Shown here: positions 1 through 9,934 of the stretch, piece after piece
How positions within the stretch are numbered: position 1 is the first letter of the stretch
Layout of the letters: the number at the start of each line of letters is the position of its first letter
Assembly (NCBI GenBank): GCA_964515205.1
Contig: CAZESF010000001.1
Span: forward strand, 1-27,055
Origin: an uncultured Planctomycetia bacterium
Lineage (GTDB): Bacteria; Omnitrophota; Gorgyraeia; Duberdicusellales; 4484-171
Direction: 5' to 3'
DNA: 27,055 bases
Translations under genes and position numbers: made by a program
Notes under the pieces: model-generated
The model's database searches: none
The model's input: the letters and a program-made list of their open reading frames with translations, nothing else
What the model was told of the DNA's origin: nothing

Positions 1-199
1 CATGTTTCTCTACCAAAGAAGGATTGGAAGTAGCCTCCCCAATACCCATACTTACCACAATTTTAATTAAACGAGGAACAGCCATTTTATTTTTATAAGA
101 AAACTTCTCCATCATTTTGGGAATTATCTCTTCCCGATAAAGTTTAAGTAATCGTGGAACATATTTTTCTTTTAAATCTGCTTCTTGCATCTTTTGCAT
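1..199 (-). CDS. rplE: 50S ribosomal protein L5 (5' part; runs off the window edge)
   Basis: Manual translation: [66 protein letters not shown]..., an L5 N-terminus in the expected position after rplX. Start is ATG at 199 (AAGGT 6 nt upstream) or ATG at 190, both inside rplX. Absent from the ORF track. Confidence 0.93.
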   Translation of the reverse strand, partial: MQKMQEADLKEKYVPRLLKLYREEIIPKMMEKFSYKNKMAVPRLIKIVVSMGIGEATSNPSLVEKH

Positions 200-489
200 A
201 TTCTTACCTTTGTTTTATCCTCTAAAATTTTTACTCCAAAGCGAACCCCCCGATTACAATAAGGACAGAATAAAGCTAAATTAGAAAGATGAATAGGCGC
301 AGGAATTTTTTTTATTCCTCCGGGTTCATTTTCTGAACGCCTTCTTAAGTGTTTTTTAACTAAATTAACCCCCTCAACAATCGCACGCATTTTTTGAGGA
401 AAAACACGCAAAACCTTTCCTGTCTTACCTTTATCTTTTCCTGCTAAAACTACTACCTTATCTCCCCTTTTAATCCTTAAACTCATCAA
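172..489 (-). CDS. rplX: 50S ribosomal protein L24
   Basis: KOW motif [26 protein letters not shown] and IHLSNL; follows rplN. Confidence 0.98.
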   Translation of the reverse strand: MMSLRIKRGDKVVVLAGKDKGKTGKVLRVFPQKMRAIVEGVNLVKKHLRRRSENEPGGIKKIPAPIHLSNLALFCPYCNRGVRFGVKILEDKTKVRICKRCKKQI

Positions 490-851
490 ATTACCTCCGG
501 AGCTAAAGAAAGAATTTTGGAGAATCTTTCCCTCAGCTCTCTTGCTACCGGACCAAATACACGAGTTCCTCGAGGATTTCCCTGTTTATCAATAATTACA
601 CATGCATTACGATCAAATTTCACACACATCCCATCACTTCTTTTTATAGAAGCATGAGTCCGAACCACCACTGCTCTTACTACTTCTCCTTTTTTTATAG
701 GACTGTTGGGTATTGCTTCTTTTACAGAAGCACTTATCACATCTCCAACTTCTGCATATTTTTTATTCTTCCTACCAATCACTCCAATACAAGAAACCCT
801 TTTTGCTCCTGAATTATCCGCCACATCTAACCAGGTGCGCAAATAAATCAT
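486..851 (-). CDS. rplN: 50S ribosomal protein L14
   Basis: [16 protein letters not shown] and [13 protein letters not shown] motifs. Confidence 0.99.
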   Translation of the reverse strand: MIYLRTWLDVADNSGAKRVSCIGVIGRKNKKYAEVGDVISASVKEAIPNSPIKKGEVVRAVVVRTHASIKRSDGMCVKFDRNACVIIDKQGNPRGTRVFGPVARELRERFSKILSLAPEVI

Positions 852-1099
852 TTTATTACCTCTAAAAGCAGGAATCTTTTCTCTTTTGAATAAGGTCTTG
901 ACTCAATAATTCTTACTCTATCCCCAACACGAGCTTCTTCACGAGGATCATGCACCTTATATTTTTTTATCTTTTTCATTGGTTTCTTGTAAAGAGGATG
1001 AGGAACTTTTCTTTCTACTTTTACAACAACGGTTTTTTGCATTTTATCCGAAACTACCACTCCCTCCAGAATCTTTCTTCTTGTTTTAATCTTAATCAT
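848..1099 (-). CDS. rpsQ: 30S ribosomal protein S17
   Basis: [20 protein letters not shown] and [16 protein letters not shown]. Confidence 0.99.
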   Translation of the reverse strand: MIKIKTRRKILEGVVVSDKMQKTVVVKVERKVPHPLYKKPMKKIKKYKVHDPREEARVGDRVRIIESRPYSKEKRFLLLEVIK

Positions 1100-1286
1100 T
1101 TCTGCGCCTTTCGTTTAAAATAGTCAATATACGCGCAATATCTTTTTTTATCTGTTTAAAAAGATGTGGTTTTTCAACTTTTGCTGTCTTTTTCTGAAAA
1201 TTTAACTCCATAAGTTGTCTTTCTAACTCTCTTAATTTATTCTCTAATTCCTCATTAGGTAAAGCACGTAAATCGCGCGCTTTCAT
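1092..1286 (-). CDS. rpmC: 50S ribosomal protein L29
   Basis: MKARDLR...LMELNFQK...[11 protein letters not shown]; between rplP and rpsQ. Confidence 0.97.
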   Translation of the reverse strand: MKARDLRALPNEELENKLRELERQLMELNFQKKTAKVEKPHLFKQIKKDIARILTILNERRRND

Positions 1287-1687
1287 TTCACTCTTGTTAC
1301 AAATCTTGTTTTAAAAGGAAGCTTATACGCAACAAGACGAAAACTTTCCCGAGCAAAATCTTCTGGTACTCCGCCTAATTCAAATAAAATCATTCCTCTT
1401 TTTATCACCGCTACCCATCCCTCAACTTCACCTTTTCCTTTTCCCATTCTTGACTCTTGAGGTTTTTTAGTTACCGGCTTGTCAGGAAAAATACGAATCC
1501 AGAGTTTCCCTCCACGACGTAATCTTCTTGCTAAAATCACTCTTGCTGCCTCAATCTGAGTATTCTTAAGCCAGCCAGATTCTAATGCTTTAAGACCATA
1601 TTCTCCAAAGGCAACAAAAGACTCTCTTACTCCCTTTCTTCTTCCTCTCTGTACTTTTCTATACTTTACTCTCTTAGGCAAAAGCAT
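1283..1687 (-). CDS. rplP: 50S ribosomal protein L16
   Basis: [31 protein letters not shown] and RMGKGKG. Confidence 0.99.
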   Translation of the reverse strand: MLLPKRVKYRKVQRGRRKGVRESFVAFGEYGLKALESGWLKNTQIEAARVILARRLRRGGKLWIRIFPDKPVTKKPQESRMGKGKGEVEGWVAVIKRGMILFELGGVPEDFARESFRLVAYKLPFKTRFVTRVK

Positions 1688-1688
1688 A

Positions 1689-2357
1689 TTACTTTTCTCC
1701 TTCTTCCTTCTTAAGATATGCTCCTAAATTCTTCTCTCCTTTATAAATCCATACCTTCACCCCAATTGTTCCATAAGTAGTTTTGGCTATAGAAAAACCA
1801 TAATCAATATCATAACGAAAAGTCTGCAGGGGAATTTTTCCGTATTTATAAACTTCACTGCGTGCAATCTCAACTCCACCCAGCCTTCCAGAACATCTTA
1901 TCTTTATTCCCTCGCATCCTAAATTGACTGCTTGCTGAATTGCTCTCTTCATTGCCCGACGAAAATTTACCCTTTTAGTTATCTGAAAGGCAATAATTTC
2001 TGAGACTAATTGAGCCTCTAAATAAGGATTTTCAATCTCCTCCACATCAATAATCACTTCTTTCTGGGTAAATTCTGCTATTTCCTGTTTTAACCTCTCA
2101 ATATCCTGACCTCGGCGACCAATGATTACCCCTGGACGAGAAGTTCTTATTCTTATTCTTATTAAATTCTGTGAAACTCTCTCTATAAGTATATTGGCAA
2201 TTGAACCAAAAGGATAATTCTTTTTGATCAATTCTCTTATTCTTATATCCTCATCTAAAAATTGAGCAAATTCTCTCTTTCTTGCTATAAACCATTTTGA
2301 TAACCAGTCTTTTCCAAAACCAATTCTTAAAATATAAGGATGAACTTTTTGTCCCAT
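1689..2357 (-). CDS. rpsC: 30S ribosomal protein S3
   Basis: [17 protein letters not shown] (KH domain), [13 protein letters not shown] and [14 protein letters not shown]. Confidence 0.99.
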   Translation of the reverse strand: MGQKVHPYILRIGFGKDWLSKWFIARKREFAQFLDEDIRIRELIKKNYPFGSIANILIERVSQNLIRIRIRTSRPGVIIGRRGQDIERLKQEIAEFTQKEVIIDVEEIENPYLEAQLVSEIIAFQITKRVNFRRAMKRAIQQAVNLGCEGIKIRCSGRLGGVEIARSEVYKYGKIPLQTFRYDIDYGFSIAKTTYGTIGVKVWIYKGEKNLGAYLKKEEGEK

Positions 2358-2361
2358 AAGA

Positions 2362-2721
2362 TTATTTTATTTTTACTCCTTCCACAATTCTCTCTGGAGT
2401 ATCCAGCTCAATTAAAATATGAGAAGTTCTTCGTCTTATCATTACTGCCCTGCCGAAACTGGCTGCCCGATATCGCTTAAGCATCGGTCCTTGATTAACA
2501 ATTAACTTAGAGATGAATAATTTTGATTCTATAAATCCTTTATTTTTAGCATTAGCAATTGCACTTTTTAACAATTTTTCCAAAATTCTGGCTCCTTTTT
2601 TATCCAAAGACTTTAAAATTGCTTCTGCTTCCAGTACTTTTTTCCCTTTTATCAAAGGCACAACCAATCTCATCTTCTTAGGAGAAATACGCGCATATCT
2701 TAAAATTGCTTTTGCCACCAT
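2362..2721 (-). CDS. rplV: 50S ribosomal protein L22
   Basis: RISPKKMRLV, SAIANA, NQGPMLKR and RRRTSHI. Confidence 0.98.
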   Translation of the reverse strand: MVAKAILRYARISPKKMRLVVPLIKGKKVLEAEAILKSLDKKGARILEKLLKSAIANAKNKGFIESKLFISKLIVNQGPMLKRYRAASFGRAVMIRRRTSHILIELDTPERIVEGVKIK

Positions 2722-2726
2722 AATAA

Positions 2727-3014
2727 TTACTTTTTCTGTAAAGCTTTCTTAGCTTTAATCCCTCCATGTTGACGAAAAGTTCTTGTAGGAGCAAATTCAC
2801 CAAGCCGATGTCCTACCATTGCTTCAGTAATAAATACAGGAATATGTCTCCTTCCATCATGAACAGCAATAGTTAACCCTACAAATTCAGGTGTAATCAT
2901 ACTTGCTCTTGACCAAGTCTTTATCGGTTTTCTATCTCCAGTCTCTTTTGCTTTTTTTACTTTTTTTAGCAATTTCGGGTCAACAAAAGGCCCTTTTTTT
3001 ATTGATCTTCCCAT
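2727..3014 (-). CDS. rpsS: 30S ribosomal protein S19
   Basis: [20 protein letters not shown] and [13 protein letters not shown]. Confidence 0.99.
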   Translation of the reverse strand: MGRSIKKGPFVDPKLLKKVKKAKETGDRKPIKTWSRASMITPEFVGLTIAVHDGRRHIPVFITEAMVGHRLGEFAPTRTFRQHGGIKAKKALQKK

Positions 3015-3021
3015 ATTCTTC

Positions 3022-3870
3022 CTACTTTTTCTTCTTTGTAGGTCTTCTTTTAATTATATATTTATCACTCATCTTGTTTGGTTTTCTTGTTTTTCCTCCT
3101 TTTGTAGGTCTTCCCCAGGGAGTAACCGGATGAGGATTACCTTGCCCAGCTTTTCCCTCGCCTCCTCCATGAGGATGATCAACCGGATTCATCGCTACTC
3201 CCCGAACACGAGGACGCTTTCCTAACCAGCGGGCTCTACCTGCCTTTCCACTCATCTGGGATGAATGTTCAATGTTTCCTACCTGTCCAATAGTCGCACG
3301 ACACTCTAAGCTTAAAAGTCTTATCTCTCCAGAAGGCATCCTTACCTGAGCAAATTTCCCTTCTTTCGCCATAAGCTGAGCCCAACTTCCTGCACTTCTT
3401 GCGATTCTGGCTCCTTTTCCTGATTCTAACTCTAAATTATGAATAATTGTTCCTAAGGGAATATATTTTAGTTTCATAGCATTACCCGGTTTTATATCTA
3501 CTTGAGAATCACTGCTACTGATTACCTTATCTCCCACATTTAAGCCATGAGGCCAAACAATATATCTTCTTTCTTCATCTGGATACTTAATTAAAGCAAT
3601 TCTTGCGCTGCGATTAGGATCATACTCAATGGCAATTACTTCTCCTTCCACATCAAATTTATCTCGTTTAAAATCTATAATACGATATCTACGCTTGTGT
3701 CCTCCGCCTCTTCTTCTTACTGTAATTCTTCCCGTATTATTTCTTCCTCCTGTCTTTTTTAAAGCAACAGTTAGTTTTTTTTCTGGCTTGTCTTTAGTGA
3801 TTTCTTTAAAATCACTAATTACCCGGAAACGCAAACTTGGTGTTACTGGTTTAAACTTTTTTAAACCCAT
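3022..3870 (-). CDS. rplB: 50S ribosomal protein L2
   Basis: [23 protein letters not shown] and [18 protein letters not shown]. Confidence 0.99.
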   Translation of the reverse strand: MGLKKFKPVTPSLRFRVISDFKEITKDKPEKKLTVALKKTGGRNNTGRITVRRRGGGHKRRYRIIDFKRDKFDVEGEVIAIEYDPNRSARIALIKYPDEERRYIVWPHGLNVGDKVISSSDSQVDIKPGNAMKLKYIPLGTIIHNLELESGKGARIARSAGSWAQLMAKEGKFAQVRMPSGEIRLLSLECRATIGQVGNIEHSSQMSGKAGRARWLGKRPRVRGVAMNPVDHPHGGGEGKAGQGNPHPVTPWGRPTKGGKTRKPNKMSDKYIIKRRPTKKKK

Positions 3871-3871
3871 C

Positions 3872-4162
3872 TCAAGCCACCTTTATTTGATAGCCTTCCT
3901 TTAAAGTCACAATCGCTTTCTTCCACAAAGGAGTCTTGCCTTCTTGTCCCCAGCGAATTCTTTTTGTTTTACCTTTCATATTCATCGTACGCACTTTTTT
4001 TACCTTAACATTATAAATTCCCTCAATTGCTTTTTTTATCTCAATTTTGTTTGCTCGTTTATTTACCCAAAATACATATTGATTAAACTTAGTCAATCCA
4101 GTTGCTTTTTCGGTAATTAAAGGTGATTTTATAACTTTATAAATACGTCCTACTTTATCCAT
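3872..4162 (-). CDS. rplW: 50S ribosomal protein L23
   Basis: [18 protein letters not shown] and [11 protein letters not shown]. Confidence 0.98.
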   Translation of the reverse strand: MDKVGRIYKVIKSPLITEKATGLTKFNQYVFWVNKRANKIEIKKAIEGIYNVKVKKVRTMNMKGKTKRIRWGQEGKTPLWKKAIVTLKEGYQIKVA

Positions 4163-4788
4163 CTCTCAATTCTTTTTTCTAATTTTTTTAAACTATCTTT
4201 TGTAATAATTAATTTTTTGCAATCTAAAGCAGTATAAGTAGTAAGGGTTTCGGCTTTTTCTAATTCAACTTTTTCTAAATTACGCACAGCTAATTTTAAA
4301 TCCCTATTCTGTTTATCTACAACAATTTTTATCTTCTCACCATTTAAATTTAAGTTTTTCAAAATAGATACAACCTCTTTTGTCTTCGGCTTATCTATTT
4401 TTATATCTTCAATTATCATAATCTCATCATCCTTAAGCTTTGCATTAAGAGTACTTTTTAAAGCTAAATTTTTCATCCTTTGAGGAAATTTCTTAGAATA
4501 ATCTCTTGGTTTAGGACCAAATACAACTCCCCCTCCACGCCATAAAGGTGAACGGACGGAGCCAATTCGAGCTCGTCCTGTTCCTTTCTGAGGCCAAGGT
4601 TTTCTTCCACTTCCCTTTACCTCTCCCCGTGTCTTTGTAGAAGCCAATCCTCGTCTTTGATTAGCTAAATAAGTAACTACTGCCTGATGAATAAGAACAT
4701 AATTCACTTCCCCATCAAAAATTTTTGGATTTAACTCTATCTCTTCAACTATTTTGCCTTCTTGATTCCAAACTTTAAGTTTTGTCAT
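4150..4788 (-). CDS. rplD: 50S ribosomal protein L4
   Basis: TKTRGEVKGSGRKPWPQKGTGRAR and WRGGGVVFGPKPRDY. Confidence 0.99.
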   Translation of the reverse strand: MTKLKVWNQEGKIVEEIELNPKIFDGEVNYVLIHQAVVTYLANQRRGLASTKTRGEVKGSGRKPWPQKGTGRARIGSVRSPLWRGGGVVFGPKPRDYSKKFPQRMKNLALKSTLNAKLKDDEIMIIEDIKIDKPKTKEVVSILKNLNLNGEKIKIVVDKQNRDLKLAVRNLEKVELEKAETLTTYTALDCKKLIITKDSLKKLEKRIERWIK

Positions 4789-5411
4789 TTCTTGAGTTTC
4801 TTTATATGAACTATTGTTCCTCTATACCCGGGAATAGCTCCTTTTATAAAAAGCAATTGTTTTTCTTCATCTATCTTCAAAATTTTTAAATTTTTCACTG
4901 TGCGATACCCACAACCTGTATGCCCCGGCATTCTGTGTCCTTTAACAATTCTTCCTGGAAATGTGGAGGCGCCTGCAGAACCAATACGGCGATGTGTCAT
5001 AGAACCATGAGTTTTAGGTTGCCCACTCCAGTTATGACGCTTCATGCCTCCCTGAAATCCTTTTCCTTTTGTTTTGGCTCTTACATCTACAATCTCTCCT
5101 TCAGAAAAGATCTCAATCCCCACTTCTTTCTTAACCTCCACATTTTCCTCCGGCTCCACTTCTTTAATCACTGCATAATAATCTTTAATCCCTAATTTAT
5201 TAAAGTATCCTAAAATCGGTTTTTTCATCTTTTTCTTTTTATTTTCAGGAAGTTTAAAACAGCCTATTTTAACTCTTTCTTTTGTAGGATAAACTACCTT
5301 TTCCAAGATACAAACAGGTTTCACCTCAACCAAAGTTGTCGCTACTTGATTCCCTTCCTCGTCAAAAATATGGGTCATACCAATCTTTTTCCCTAAAATC
5401 TCTCTAATCAT
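4785..5411 (-). CDS. rplC: 50S ribosomal protein L3
   Basis: GKKIGMTHIF, KGKGFQGGMKRHN, THGS and KGHRMPGHTG. Confidence 0.98.
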   Translation of the reverse strand: MIREILGKKIGMTHIFDEEGNQVATTLVEVKPVCILEKVVYPTKERVKIGCFKLPENKKKKMKKPILGYFNKLGIKDYYAVIKEVEPEENVEVKKEVGIEIFSEGEIVDVRAKTKGKGFQGGMKRHNWSGQPKTHGSMTHRRIGSAGASTFPGRIVKGHRMPGHTGCGYRTVKNLKILKIDEEKQLLFIKGAIPGYRGTIVHIKKLKK

Positions 5412-5414
5412 CTT

Positions 5415-5729
5415 TTACATTTTCTGAATTATCTCTACACTCACACCTCCGGGAAGATTTAATTTTCTTAAAGCATCAATCGTCTTAGGAGTAGGATTAT
5501 CTAAATCAACTATTCTTTTATGTATCGCTAACATAAATTGCTCTCTTGACTTCTTATCAATATTTGTTGAACGATTCACTGTATAAATTTTTTTCTTTGT
5601 AGGTAAAGGTATAGGGCCATTTACTTTTGCCCCTGTGCGCAAAGCTACCTCCACAATATCTTGAGCAGATTGATCTAAGAGACGATGATCAAATGCTTTT
5701 AATTTAATCCTTAACTTAAGCATAGACAA
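5415..5729 (-). CDS. rpsJ: 30S ribosomal protein S10
   Basis: [27 protein letters not shown] and HKRIVD. Start is TTG at 5729 (AGAGGA upstream) or ATG at 5723. Confidence 0.98.
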   Translation of the reverse strand: MSMLKLRIKLKAFDHRLLDQSAQDIVEVALRTGAKVNGPIPLPTKKKIYTVNRSTNIDKKSREQFMLAIHKRIVDLDNPTPKTIDALRKLNLPGGVSVEIIQKM

Positions 5730-5783
5730 AAATTCCTCTTCTACGCAATTTCTTAAATTTTAAAAATTTATAATTTTTATTTT

Positions 5784-6986
5784 TTATTCAATAATTTCTG
5801 TAACTACTCCTGCTCCTACTGTTCTTCCTCCTTCACGAATAGCAAATCTTAATTCTTTCTCGATTGCTACTGGCTGTATAAGCTCAACCTGTATTTCCAC
5901 ATTATCTCCTGGCATAACCATTTCTACACCTTCAGGAAGCTTAATGGTTCCGGTAACATCAGTTGTGCGAAAATAAAACTGCGGTCTGTAACCTGAAAAA
6001 AATGGGGTGTGTCTGCCTCCTTCTTCCTTCTTTAATGCATAAATTTGAGCTTTGAATTTAGTATGAGGTGTTATTGTCCCTGGTTGAGCAACTACCATTC
6101 CTCGTTCTACCTCATCTTTCTCAATACCTCTCAAAAGCAAACCCACGTTGTCTCCAGCCACTCCTTCATCCAAAATCTTGCGAAACATTTCTACTCCGGT
6201 AACTACTGTCTTTCTTACTTCAGGTGCCAATCCCACCAGTTCTACTTCATCTCCAACCTTTATTTTTCCTCTCTCAACTCTTCCTGTAACTACTGTTCCA
6301 CGTCCAGATATAGAAAATACATCCTCAACTGCTAAAAGAAACGGCTTATCAACATCTCTTTTCGGCGTAGGAATATACTCATCTACAGCTTTAAGTAAAT
6401 CTAAAATGGGCTTACAATTAGGACAATCATCTTTCCCGCAACCACATTCCATTGCTTTTAAAGCTGAACCTTTAATTACAGGAACCTCATCTCCGGGAAA
6501 TTCATACTTAGAAAGAAGTTCTCTCACTTCTACCTCAACCAAATCAATTAATTCTTTATCATCCATCTGATCTGTCTTGTTGATAAACACAACAATTGCA
6601 GGAACATTTACTTGTCGGGCTAAAAGAATATGTTCTCTTGTCTGGGGCATAGGACCATCAGTTGCAGCAACTACCATAATTGCCCCATCCATCTGAGCAG
6701 CTCCTGTAATCATATTCTTTATATAATCTGCATGCCCGGGACAGTCAATATGAGCATAGTGACGTGTATCTGTCTCATACTCAACGTGAGCAATATTAAT
6801 TGTTAAACCTCTTTCTTTCTCCTCAGGTGCTTTATCAATATCCTCATACTTTAAAGCTTGAGCTTTACCTCGTGAAGATAAAATTTTTGTAATTGCACTG
6901 GTTAAAGTAGTCTTCCCATGATCAACATGTCCAATAGTACCAATATTAACATGTGGTTTTGTCCTTACAAACTTTTCCTTAGCCAT
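5784..6986 (-). CDS. tuf: Elongation factor Tu
   Basis: [29 protein letters not shown] and [13 protein letters not shown]; GAGGAGGT SD upstream. Confidence 0.99.
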   Translation of the reverse strand: MAKEKFVRTKPHVNIGTIGHVDHGKTTLTSAITKILSSRGKAQALKYEDIDKAPEEKERGLTINIAHVEYETDTRHYAHIDCPGHADYIKNMITGAAQMDGAIMVVAATDGPMPQTREHILLARQVNVPAIVVFINKTDQMDDKELIDLVEVEVRELLSKYEFPGDEVPVIKGSALKAMECGCGKDDCPNCKPILDLLKAVDEYIPTPKRDVDKPFLLAVEDVFSISGRGTVVTGRVERGKIKVGDEVELVGLAPEVRKTVVTGVEMFRKILDEGVAGDNVGLLLRGIEKDEVERGMVVAQPGTITPHTKFKAQIYALKKEEGGRHTPFFSGYRPQFYFRTTDVTGTIKLPEGVEMVMPGDNVEIQVELIQPVAIEKELRFAIREGGRTVGAGVVTEIIE

Positions 6987-6998
6987 AAACCACCTCCT

Positions 6999-9083
6999 CT
7001 ATTTACCTAAAATTTTTATTACCAAATCTTCGGGAACCTTCTCGTAATATAAAGGCTCTATTGTATAAGAAGCTCTTCCCTGTGTCAAGTTTCTTAAAAT
7101 ATCTGCATAATCAAAAACTTCTGCCAAAGGAACTTCACTTTTTACTACTTTAATATTTTTCCTTTCCTCAATAGAGGTAATCTTTGCTCTTCTTGAATTT
7201 AAATCTGCAATTACCTGACTTAGATAATCAGAAGGAGTAATAACTTCTAATTTCATAATTGGCTCAAGAAGTATGGATCCAGCTTTTGTTAAACCTTCTT
7301 TGAATGCCTTCTCTGCAGCAATTTTAAACGCCAACTCAGATGAATCAACTTCATGATAAGAACCATCTACTAAGCTAACTTTAACATCTGTAACTGGGTA
7401 TCCTGCCAAAATCCCTGCCTCAGCTGAAGAATAAACGCCTTCTTTAACTGCAGGAATAAATTCACGAGGAATAACTCCTCCTTTTATCTTATTTTCAAAT
7501 GTAATTCCTTCTCCTTTCTCTGCCGGCTGCATAACTAAAACTACATGACCGTATTGACCTCGTCCCCCTGTCTGCTGAATAAACTTACCTACTGCTTCAA
7601 CTTTACGTGTAATTGTTTCTCGATAAGCAACATAAGGTGTACCTACTTTTGCTTCTACCCCAAAATCCTTTAAGAGTCTATCTACTATTACTTCCAAATG
7701 TAGCTTTCCCATGCCGGAAATTATATTCTGTCCGGTTTCTCTGTCATAGCTTACTTTAAAAGAAGGATCTTCATCTTCCAATTTTTTCAAAGCCAAAATT
7801 AACCTCTCCTGATCCTTTTTTGTTTTTGGTTCAATAGCTAAAGAAACTACAGGTTCAGGGAAACGCATCTCCTCAAGAAGTAAAGGAAAATTGATATCTG
7901 TTAGAGTATCACCTGTAGTTGTATTTTTAAAACCCACAAAACAGACAATATCTCCCGCTCTCGCTTCACTTATCATCTCCTGACGATTTGCATGCATTCT
8001 TACAATTTTATTAATCCTCTCTTTTAATTTTTTGGTAGCATTGAGTACTTCACTTCCTGCTTTTACCTTTCCACTATATACACGGGTGTAAAAAAGCTTT
8101 CCTACAAAAGGATCGGTAAATACTTTAAAACACAAAGCACAAAATTTTTCATTCTCAGATATCTTTCTCTCAATAGTCTTTTTTTGACGATCAAAACCTC
8201 TGACAACTTTCAAATCCTTAGGTGAAGGGAGCCAGTTGACTATTGCATCCAAAAGTGGCTGAATTCCTCTGTTTTTTAAAGCACTGCCACAGAGAACTGG
8301 TGTTAATTGATTGGTAATTACATATTTTCTTATTACTTTTACAATTTCTTCTTCTGAAAAATCTCCTCCTTCCACAAAACGATGCAAAATTTGATCGTCA
8401 AGCTCAGCCAATTTCTCAATTAATTTATCACGATAAAACTCTACCTTTTCTTTTAAAAAATCTGGAACCTCTTTATATTCCCACTCTAATCCTAATTCAT
8501 CTTTATAATAAATTACTTTATTCTTTATTAAGTCTACCACACCTACAAACTCATCATTCTCATAACAAGGAAGTTCCACCACTAACACAGATGCAACCAA
8601 TTTCTCTTCCATTTCTTTAATTACTGCATAGAAATCAGCTTCTTTCCTATCTAATTTATTAACAAAAGCAATGCGAGGAATTTTATATTTATCTGCCTGA
8701 CGCCATACTGTCTCTGATTGAGGCTCGACTCCTCCCACACCACAGAAAATCACCACCACTCCATCTAAAACCTTTAAGGAACGCTCTACTTCAACAGTAA
8801 AATCAACATGCCCTGGTGTATCAATGATATTAATATGAAAATCTTTCCATTTACAATAAGTAGCAGCAGAAGTGATTGTAATACCCCTTTCTCTTTCCTG
8901 TGGCATCCAATCAGTAGTTGCTGTTCCCTCATCCACTTCACCAATTTTGTAAACTCTTTTTGTGTAAAATAAGACTCTTTCGGTAGTAGTAGTCTTTCCT
9001 GCATCAATATGAGCCACAAAACCAATATTTCTTATAAAATCAAGCCTTTCCATCTCAATCACATCAACCTTTTCATTACTCAT
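6999..9083 (-). CDS. fusA: Elongation factor G (str-operon copy)
   Basis: [34 protein letters not shown] and [12 protein letters not shown]; between rpsG and tuf. Start placed at the ATG of the TGATG overlap with the rpsG stop. The track's start at 9089 is a TTG; the ATG at 9053 is also possible. Confidence 0.97.
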   Translation of the reverse strand: MSNEKVDVIEMERLDFIRNIGFVAHIDAGKTTTTERVLFYTKRVYKIGEVDEGTATTDWMPQERERGITITSAATYCKWKDFHINIIDTPGHVDFTVEVERSLKVLDGVVVIFCGVGGVEPQSETVWRQADKYKIPRIAFVNKLDRKEADFYAVIKEMEEKLVASVLVVELPCYENDEFVGVVDLIKNKVIYYKDELGLEWEYKEVPDFLKEKVEFYRDKLIEKLAELDDQILHRFVEGGDFSEEEIVKVIRKYVITNQLTPVLCGSALKNRGIQPLLDAIVNWLPSPKDLKVVRGFDRQKKTIERKISENEKFCALCFKVFTDPFVGKLFYTRVYSGKVKAGSEVLNATKKLKERINKIVRMHANRQEMISEARAGDIVCFVGFKNTTTGDTLTDINFPLLLEEMRFPEPVVSLAIEPKTKKDQERLILALKKLEDEDPSFKVSYDRETGQNIISGMGKLHLEVIVDRLLKDFGVEAKVGTPYVAYRETITRKVEAVGKFIQQTGGRGQYGHVVLVMQPAEKGEGITFENKIKGGVIPREFIPAVKEGVYSSAEAGILAGYPVTDVKVSLVDGSYHEVDSSELAFKIAAEKAFKEGLTKAGSILLEPIMKLEVITPSDYLSQVIADLNSRRAKITSIEERKNIKVVKSEVPLAEVFDYADILRNLTQGRASYTIEPLYYEKVPEDLVIKILGK

Positions 9084-9550
9084 CACCAACGAAAATGAGC
9101 AAAGGCACGATTAGCCTCTGCCATCTTATGTGTATCCTCCTTCTTTTTTATTACTGCTCCCTCATTCTTATAAGCAGAAAGTAACTCCTCTGCCAACTTT
9201 TCCTTCATTGGTTTTCCTCTTCTTTTGCGAGCAAAATCTCTCATCCATCGCATAGCTATAGCATAACCTCTCTCCTTGGGCACCTCTAAAGGAACCTGAT
9301 ATGTTGCCCCTCCTATCCTCCTTGGACGCACCTCTAAGCGTGGACGTGCATTATCCAGAGCAGTAAAAAACACTTTTAAAGGATCTTCTTTTAATTTTTC
9401 TTGAAGGATATCAAAAGCACCATAAACAATTTTCTGAGCAATACTTTTTTTCCCATCACGCATAATCATATTTATAAACTTTTCCACTAACGGCGAATTA
9501 TACTTAGGATCAGGTTTTGTCTCTCTTTTAGGAGCTCTTTTTCTTCTCAT
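9083..9550 (-). CDS. rpsG: 30S ribosomal protein S7
   Basis: [24 protein letters not shown] and [15 protein letters not shown]. Confidence 0.99.
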   Translation of the reverse strand: MRRKRAPKRETKPDPKYNSPLVEKFINMIMRDGKKSIAQKIVYGAFDILQEKLKEDPLKVFFTALDNARPRLEVRPRRIGGATYQVPLEVPKERGYAIAMRWMRDFARKRRGKPMKEKLAEELLSAYKNEGAVIKKKEDTHKMAEANRAFAHFRW

Positions 9551-9559
9551 TCCTCTCCT

Positions 9560-9934
9560 TTATTGCTTAGGTCTTTTTGTTCCATATTTTGATCTTGACT
9601 TTCTTCTGTTTTGTACCCCCTGACAATCTAATGCACCACGAACAATATGATATCTTACGCCAGGTAAATCTTTTACCCTGCCTCCTCTTACCAAAACTAT
9701 TGAATGCTCCTGTAAGTTATGGCCCTCTCCAGGAATATAAGCAGTGACTTCTTCTCTATTAGTAAGCCTAACACGAGCTACTTTTCTTAAAGCAGAGTTT
9801 GGTTTTTTTGGTGTCATTGTCCTTACCTGAATACAAACTCCTCTTTTTTGTGGACAGCTTCTTAATGCCGGGGACTTCCTTCGCTTTTTTTTAGGTTCTC
9901 TTGGCTTTCTAATTAATTGTGCTATTGTTGGCAT
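9560..9934 (-). CDS. rpsL: 30S ribosomal protein S12
   Basis: [19 protein letters not shown] and [11 protein letters not shown]. Confidence 0.99.
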   Translation of the reverse strand: MPTIAQLIRKPREPKKKRRKSPALRSCPQKRGVCIQVRTMTPKKPNSALRKVARVRLTNREEVTAYIPGEGHNLQEHSIVLVRGGRVKDLPGVRYHIVRGALDCQGVQNRRKSRSKYGTKRPKQ

